64,000 nt of DNA from a virus. The position numbers were made by a program, and so were the translations under genes. The notes under the pieces were generated by a model. That model was not told the DNA's origin, made no database searches, and saw only the letters and a list, made by a program, of their open reading frames with translations. Shown here one piece after another: positions 59,401 to 64,000 of this stretch. The stretch spans positions 6,762 to 70,761 of IMG/VR virus record IMGVR_UViG_3300021425_000025, one strand, 5' to 3'. Numbering within the stretch: position 1 is the stretch's first letter; each line of letters opens with the position of its first letter.

Positions 59401-62400
59401 CTATCAACAGTTGTAATAACGTTTTCGTCAAAATCAATATTTTCAAAATCTATGTTAGGGACATTTAATAATCCGCTTATAGTCATGTCGCCTGTAATAT
59501 CTGCATTGCCTGTTTGTGTTTTATTGCCTGTGTGAGTTAATGTTCCATTAATATTTGTAATTCGTAAATCTGTTACTCCGTTTACAGTAAGATTATTAGT
59601 AATTTCTACGTTATTGCTAGGAACATAAACTTCACCAGTGCCGTTAGCACGTAATGTTAGATCTGCGTTAGATTGTGTAGTAGTAATAGTGTTATCAGAA
59701 ATATCTAATTCGTCAGTACGGAATATTTCTGTATTAATACTAGTTGTATTTTGAACTTGGTTTAGTGTAACAGAATTATTTACATCAAGATTATTTGTAA
59801 TTGTAACATTATTATTTGGTACAATTATTTGTCCTGTGCCACTAGCACGTAATTCTAAATTAGCGTTAGAACTTGTAGTTGTAATAAAGTTATCGTCAAT
59901 TAATATTTCTTCAAACTGTGCTGATTTAGTTATATCAATTTCGCCGTCAACTGAAAGATTTCCAGTTAAATTATAATCTCCAACTTGACTTCTATTACCA
60001 GTTTGTGTTAAACTACCTGTAATATCTAGTGCTTGCAGATTTGTTGTTAATGCTACTACACTTAAATTTTGTTCTGCAATAAAATCGTTAAATTGAACAG
60101 AAATACTCGAAGCATCAGCAGCATTAGGGCCAAATCCTTCAAGAATTAAATCTCCTACATTTGAAAGTATTTTATTACCTGCAATAGTTATTGTTGCTGT
60201 GTTTAATGTAGCAGAATTTATTGTAGTTGCTGTTAAACTATTTGCATCAACACCGGTTGCTGTTAAATTAGTTTGAACATCTGTAGTTTCTAATCTTACA
60301 ACACCAGTTCCACTTGCACGAAGTTCTAAGTTAGCGTTTGTTGATGTAGTTGTAATAAAATTATCATCAACTAATATTTCTTCTAATTGAACTTGACTGT
60401 TTAGGTTAACTATTCCACTAACATCTAAGTTACCAGTCTGTGAATAATTACCTACTTGTGTTCTATTTCCGGTATGATCTAACAAACCAGTAACAGAAAG
60501 ATTGTTGTTAATAGTTGTTAGTCCTGTTGTTACTGTCAAATTGTTATCAATTTGTACGGCATTATCAAATACTACATTACCTGTAGCACTTAATTCTAAA
60601 TCACCAGTAATTGCTGTAATATTATTATCAAGAATAGTTAGATCATTATTAGTAAAAACTTCTGCACTAATATTTGATACACTTGTTAAGTCGCCAGTAG
60701 TAAATGTATTTGATACTGTTAGTTTGTTAGTAATAGAAACATTATTATTAGGAATTAATAAATTACCTGTGCCACTAGCACGTAGTTCTAAATCTGAGTT
60801 AGTAAGTGTCGTAGTAACTACATTCCCGCTAAACAATACATCTTCAAATTGAACTGATCCGTCGACAGTTAATGACTCTGTTAAAGATACATTACCTGTA
60901 ATATTTAAATCACCAACTTGTGAAAAGTTAGTAAGAGTAAGATTATCGTTTACGTCTGTTATTCCAGCAAATTCTGTACTTCCAGTTGTTACTGTTAGAT
61001 TGCCTCCTAAAGTAACACTGTCTGATATTAAAATTTGTCCTGTGCCACTGGCACGTAGCTCTAAATTGCTATTTGACTGTGTTGTTTCAATAAAATTGTT
61101 AGTAGCATTAATGTTATCGTTTAGTACTTGTGTTAGCCAAACATCGTCCCAACGTAAAGAACTAGAACCTATGTTATATGTATCAGTTGTTTTAGGTGTT
61201 AAGTTACTATCTATTCCACTTTCAAATGTAATAACATCTAAGTTTTGATTATTACCAAATCTAATTAATGTACCACCAATTGTAATGTCACCGCTAACGT
61301 CTAAGTTTTGATCTATATTAACATTGCCATTAAGATTTATTAGTCCTGATGCACTGTCAATGTTCATATCGCCTGAAATACTTACTAGACTGTTACCAAT
61401 TAATCTAAGATTTCCAGTTTGAATATATTGTAGATCTAAATAACTAACATCTGATCCTGTAGTAACAGTGATAGTATCTACACCAACTACTGGAACATCA
61501 TTAATATTAAATGTTTGACTGCCTTTTTCAAAGTCAATTAAAAAGTTATCGCCTACTCTAAAATCGCCGCTATGCGATTGTGATTGATATTGTATTCTAC
61601 CGTTATTTGTTTCAACTACTTCATTGGCTTGAATAGTAAGAGTATCGTCGTTTGAACTATCAGAACCTGTACCTACATAACCAAAGTTATGCATTATCAA
61701 ATACATTAATGTGTCTGCACCATCTGCAACGGCACCATAGTTACCGTAAATATTAGCAGATCCTATTGAACGTACTTCTGCACCATAATGCGTTTGCAAA
61801 TTGTCATCAACACGGCCCGAACCGTTGGTTGCATAAAAGCCTCTATTTGCATAATATGTAAACGAGTTAAGCCATTCTATTCTAACACCATTTGTCATTA
61901 CTAATGCATCTGCATTAGGAACAATAAGTGTTATTGCATGGAATAATAAACTTGCTTCTCTTGTATCAGCAGCAAGAACTGCGCCGTCTGCAAGTATACC
62001 ACGTCCTGCATCACCTGCTATAAATCCTAAAGGATCTCCTGCTGTTACAGTACTACCTTTTGTGGAAACTGTAACATTTTGTATATACGGAGATCTAGAA
62101 GTTACCTTGCCGCCTGGAGCAAATCTAAATGCATAACCTACGTCATTTACATTATCATAATAAAAGTTTCTAATTGTAAAGTTAGATAGAGCAGTTTCGC
62201 CGTTTAATAAAAATATATCTGTAGTGCTTTGACTACTTGCAGGCTCAATAATTGTATTACGCTGATCGTGTCCGTGTAGTGTTACACCTTGTGGTATTGT
62301 AATTGGACAACTTTCTTCGTACACGCCAGGAAAAACATAGATAGTATCGCCTGTTGATGCTTGAGTTACAGCATAATCAATAGTTTCAAATGGTCCTTGA

Positions 62401-63194
62401 GGATGGTCGCCAACGTTTGAGTTGCTGCCGTTTTTAGCAACAAACCAAATTTTACCTTGACGCATATTAATATTAACGCCAGAAATAAGAGCATCGTCGC
62501 CTGTAGTTTCTTGTCCATTTAATAATACAGATTCTATTTGTATCCAACGCTTAGATGTATTACCAAGTGTATAAACATTATCTACATCGGGTATAATATT
62601 ACTGCTTACTTCTGCTTTAATTGTAACTGTGTCACTTGGTAAGTTATCACCAAAAACAATATTACCGTCTGCTGTGATATCACTAAAGGAGTGTAAGTCT
62701 CCTCTAACATTTAAATTAGAAATTATTTCTGTTGAGCCAGTGCCGTTTGGTTGAAGTTCTATGTTAGAGTTTGAATTTATTGATTCTATATAATTGTCAT
62801 CAATATATAGTTCTTCTGTTTTTACATTTGTAGAAGTAATTACACCTGCAGAATCAAATATAATATTATTTGTTCCGCCAAGTGGCTGAATAGTACTGTT
62901 TTGAATATTTAAATCTGCAATATTAATGTTACTTTCAGCAGTTAAAAAACCATTAGTGCCAGTAGCACTAGGATCAAAAATTCTAGTTGTACCTAGTACA
63001 TGTAATTCTGTGCTTGGTGCGTCATTATTAATACCGATTTTACCGTTAATAACGTCGAGATGAAGTATTGCTGCGCCACCGCTTGCAGCTGATACATTTC
63101 TAAATGTAAGATTTTGATTTGCTCCGGTTGTTGCGCCTAATCTTAAAAGATTATTTTGTAATAAGCCACCGGATATTCTACCTACTTGTGCCAC
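56499..63194 (-). CDS. Giant fibre or baseplate-appendage protein (2231 aa), paralogue of 48821-56353
   Basis: GTG start with SD AAGGAG; MAQVGRISGGLL; same beta-helix module and repeats but no LamG insert; late box at 63217-63224. Confidence 0.8.
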   Translation of the reverse strand: MAQVGRISGGLLQNNLLRLGATTGANQNLTFRNVSAASGGAAILHLDVINGKIGINNDAPSTELHVLGTTRIFDPSATGTNGFLTAESNINIADLNIQNSTIQPLGGTNNIIFDSAGVITSTNVKTEELYIDDNYIESINSNSNIELQPNGTGSTEIISNLNVRGDLHSFSDITADGNIVFGDNLPSDTVTIKAEVSSNIIPDVDNVYTLGNTSKRWIQIESVLLNGQETTGDDALISGVNINMRQGKIWFVAKNGSNSNVGDHPQGPFETIDYAVTQASTGDTIYVFPGVYEESCPITIPQGVTLHGHDQRNTIIEPASSQSTTDIFLLNGETALSNFTIRNFYYDNVNDVGYAFRFAPGGKVTSRSPYIQNVTVSTKGSTVTAGDPLGFIAGDAGRGILADGAVLAADTREASLLFHAITLIVPNADALVMTNGVRIEWLNSFTYYANRGFYATNGSGRVDDNLQTHYGAEVRSIGSANIYGNYGAVADGADTLMYLIMHNFGYVGTGSDSSNDDTLTIQANEVVETNNGRIQYQSQSHSGDFRVGDNFLIDFEKGSQTFNINDVPVVGVDTITVTTGSDVSYLDLQYIQTGNLRLIGNSLVSISGDMNIDSASGLINLNGNVNIDQNLDVSGDITIGGTLIRFGNNQNLDVITFESGIDSNLTPKTTDTYNIGSSSLRWDDVWLTQVLNDNINATNNFIETTQSNSNLELRASGTGQILISDSVTLGGNLTVTTGSTEFAGITDVNDNLTLTNFSQVGDLNITGNVSLTESLTVDGSVQFEDVLFSGNVVTTTLTNSDLELRASGTGNLLIPNNNVSITNKLTVSNTFTTGDLTSVSNISAEVFTNNDLTILDNNITAITGDLELSATGNVVFDNAVQIDNNLTVTTGLTTINNNLSVTGLLDHTGNRTQVGNYSQTGNLDVSGIVNLNSQVQLEEILVDDNFITTTSTNANLELRASGTGVVRLETTDVQTNLTATGVDANSLTATTINSATLNTATITIAGNKILSNVGDLILEGFGPNAADASSISVQFNDFIAEQNLSVVALTTNLQALDITGSLTQTGNRSQVGDYNLTGNLSVDGEIDITKSAQFEEILIDDNFITTTSSNANLELRASGTGQIIVPNNNVTITNNLDVNNSVTLNQVQNTTSINTEIFRTDELDISDNTITTTQSNADLTLRANGTGEVYVPSNNVEITNNLTVNGVTDLRITNINGTLTHTGNKTQTGNADITGDMTISGLLNVPNIDFENIDFDENVITTVDSNSDLELRAAGSGKVIVPNNDVEFTQNVNILGNLQVNIINSATTVTADLFNNYDYLHIYDNNILATTLLDPNTDIELSATGNIVSNADNNKFNQNLDVDGTTTIADTNVNGSLTYIGDLTQTGNVIVNGNVAFNGKLTVDRQVQFENVALDDNIITTVDSNSDLELRAVGTGKVLISSSNILAENNFTVQGLTTTNGINNGINITSYSFETDTGLEIRDNIITHTVTNSNISLDGTEVQFNSVTELNQNLTVDVQTNFTNTDIGVVGDENTTILTHTGNRNITGDFNIPTYNFSLSGQTSVTGTGRFGDIKLEQNVIRQTTIPDGNLELRASGTGKVLVPNNNVEITNDLLISGTLTSSNIQNVSNVNADLLETQSLRLYDNNVDAYGTNTDIILDANGTGSVVIDTNDAEFSQNLSATNYTLGGMSINGTITHVGDRTDNGILFLSGGSSELNVIGTLDAGPSTQTLGNLRFGTIGPAEGITAQAGSDIILRSTNNVVFDGDLAFSHNNINVQNITSNTISNSGTITANAFETADITITQNKIESVTTGTDLFFMPTTGNKVHVPSNNVFINQDLNVTGTTTVQDLEVKYGTVDPKQITHVGDRTVNDFTTTGNLTVTGNIVAAEVQFEEININDNTITTTSSSAYLELRANGSGEVQFDANSKIAQNLYLNGVSDITQLTTQYVQTDKLETNDIEIYDNRIQTTNTDSDLELSGAGTGSVDVEDISFNTNTISSTQSITFEVDGNVDVSDAPATKLPSGTTAQKTVNTQGDIRFNNQTGLFEGFTTVPVAFSGIYSADRLTSVDATSTSNQIVFTQQGVQTASIQPDNFFISGIVLPQMYINNSTIGVSQADTDLTFENGTGVFNIEDITIEDSKIINNTNNALEIKNNSSGYYTVLVSNSGVLIPAGPSADRTSVEIGDTRWNTDDQILETFDGNTYIASAGLSNNITPAEFDDLLFEYTLIFG

Positions 63195-63228
63195 TCAGAC
63201 TTCTCCTTAACACAAGTATTTATTGGAT

Positions 63229-63780
63229 TTACTTATCGAAATTATGTAGCACTGTTATATAAACATCAGCGCCACCTGTTCCAGCTGCTGGGGGTGCAGA
63301 AGTAAATTCTAAATATGTGCCTGCTGGTTTTCCAACAGGATTTTGTACTACTTGATAATTGTTTGATGCGCCGTGTATTTGAACAACGTTTTCTACTAGA
63401 ACAATAATGTTATTTCCGTCAACGGGTAATGTATAGTCTTCGTAATCACCGCTCGCGTTGTCCCATGATGAATCTAAAGGTCCAAATACAGTTTCTACTC
63501 CGTCTGCTGGACCAAATTGTTGTTGTACTACTGTTGTAGGTTCTTTGAATGCAATTCTTTTCCAAGTAGCACTGCTACCTTGGTATGCTTCAAATTCGTT
63601 ATTAGTTGTATTGTAGCGCAAATCTCCTGTAGTTGCATCAGTAGGACGTTCTGCTGTTGTTCCCTTTGGAACAAGCATTACATTTTCACTATCTACAATT
63701 ACTCGATTGTTAATGTCATACTTAACACCTTTACCGTAAATATTACGTAGATTTGTATTTTGCGCCTTTAATAATCTCAT
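63229..63780 (-). CDS. Putative baseplate or fibre-associated protein
   Basis: VPKGTTAERP...GDLRYNT...FEAY motif shared with the C-termini of the giant fibres. Confidence 0.65.
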   Translation of the reverse strand: MRLLKAQNTNLRNIYGKGVKYDINNRVIVDSENVMLVPKGTTAERPTDATTGDLRYNTTNNEFEAYQGSSATWKRIAFKEPTTVVQQQFGPADGVETVFGPLDSSWDNASGDYEDYTLPVDGNNIIVLVENVVQIHGASNNYQVVQNPVGKPAGTYLEFTSAPPAAGTGGADVYITVLHNFDK

Positions 63781-64000
63781 TACAATACCTTAATATAACT
63801 AACTGTACATGCAAGTCTACCTGTTGGTGTTCCGCTAGTATCAGGACTACCATTAACAACTACACTATCACCGCCTTCTAGTACAACTTTTTCAGTATCA
63901 AATGTAAAAGTTTCTCCTGCAGGCAAGCTCAATCTTCTAACTACTGATGTAACAGTATCACTATACGATCCGTCACTTGGTACAAAGTGTAAATCAAATG
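63780..64000 (-). CDS. Partial ORF (5' end outside the window), same family as 48482-48814
   Basis: Hand translation ...FDLHFVP...LPAGETFTFDTEKVVLEGGD...VSYIKVL*; TAATG overlap with the next gene. Confidence 0.6.
   Translation of the reverse strand, partial: FDLHFVPSDGSYSDTVTSVVRRLSLPAGETFTFDTEKVVLEGGDSVVVNGSPDTSGTPTGRLACTVSYIKVL

Noticed and set aside
49500-61100. CRISPR-like spaced DNA repeats
   Set aside because: The repeats are degenerate, in frame, and encode protein repeats spaced by hundreds of nt.
49659-61248. Many 60-120 aa plus-strand ORFs inside the giant fibre genes (and similar ones elsewhere)
   Set aside because: These are antisense shadows of repetitive, codon-biased genes, with no RBS, promoter or motif support.
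33042-63194. Diversity-generating retroelement acting on the fibre or LRR genes
   Set aside because: No reverse transcriptase in the window and no TR/VR pair differing only at adenines was noticed. One elsewhere in the genome cannot be excluded.
1-64000. Stop-codon reassignment, as in some large phages
   Set aside because: Coding density is high under the standard code, genes of several kb are uninterrupted, and TAA, TAG and TGA all end plausible genes.

Overview
AT-rich segment of a large T4-like (contractile-tailed, probably aquatic) phage genome in the standard genetic code, mostly encoded on the minus strand. From left to right it carries: (1) replication and recombination genes (uvsW, uvsY, uvsX, gp32 SSB), interrupted by a 7-gene glycan-modification island; (2) putative head-internal proteins, terL, terS and gp4; (3) a subtilisin-cupredoxin fusion; (4) tail tube, sheath and neck genes, with an early-promoter iscU + dNMP kinase insert; (5) about 30 kb of giant fibre or baseplate-appendage genes. 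The most striking feature is a ~1,700-aa array of 11 phycobiliprotein-like globin repeats, 7 of which keep the C-x-R-D bilin-attachment motif, inserted into a 3,570-aa fibre-like protein. Also notable are late-promoter boxes placed so that the ATG sits at the predicted +1 (leaderless mRNAs) and a structured ~90-nt leader in front of one of two paralogous fibre genes. No tRNA, rRNA, CRISPR array, integrase or reverse transcriptase was seen. All calls come from reading motifs by eye; no database searches were run.
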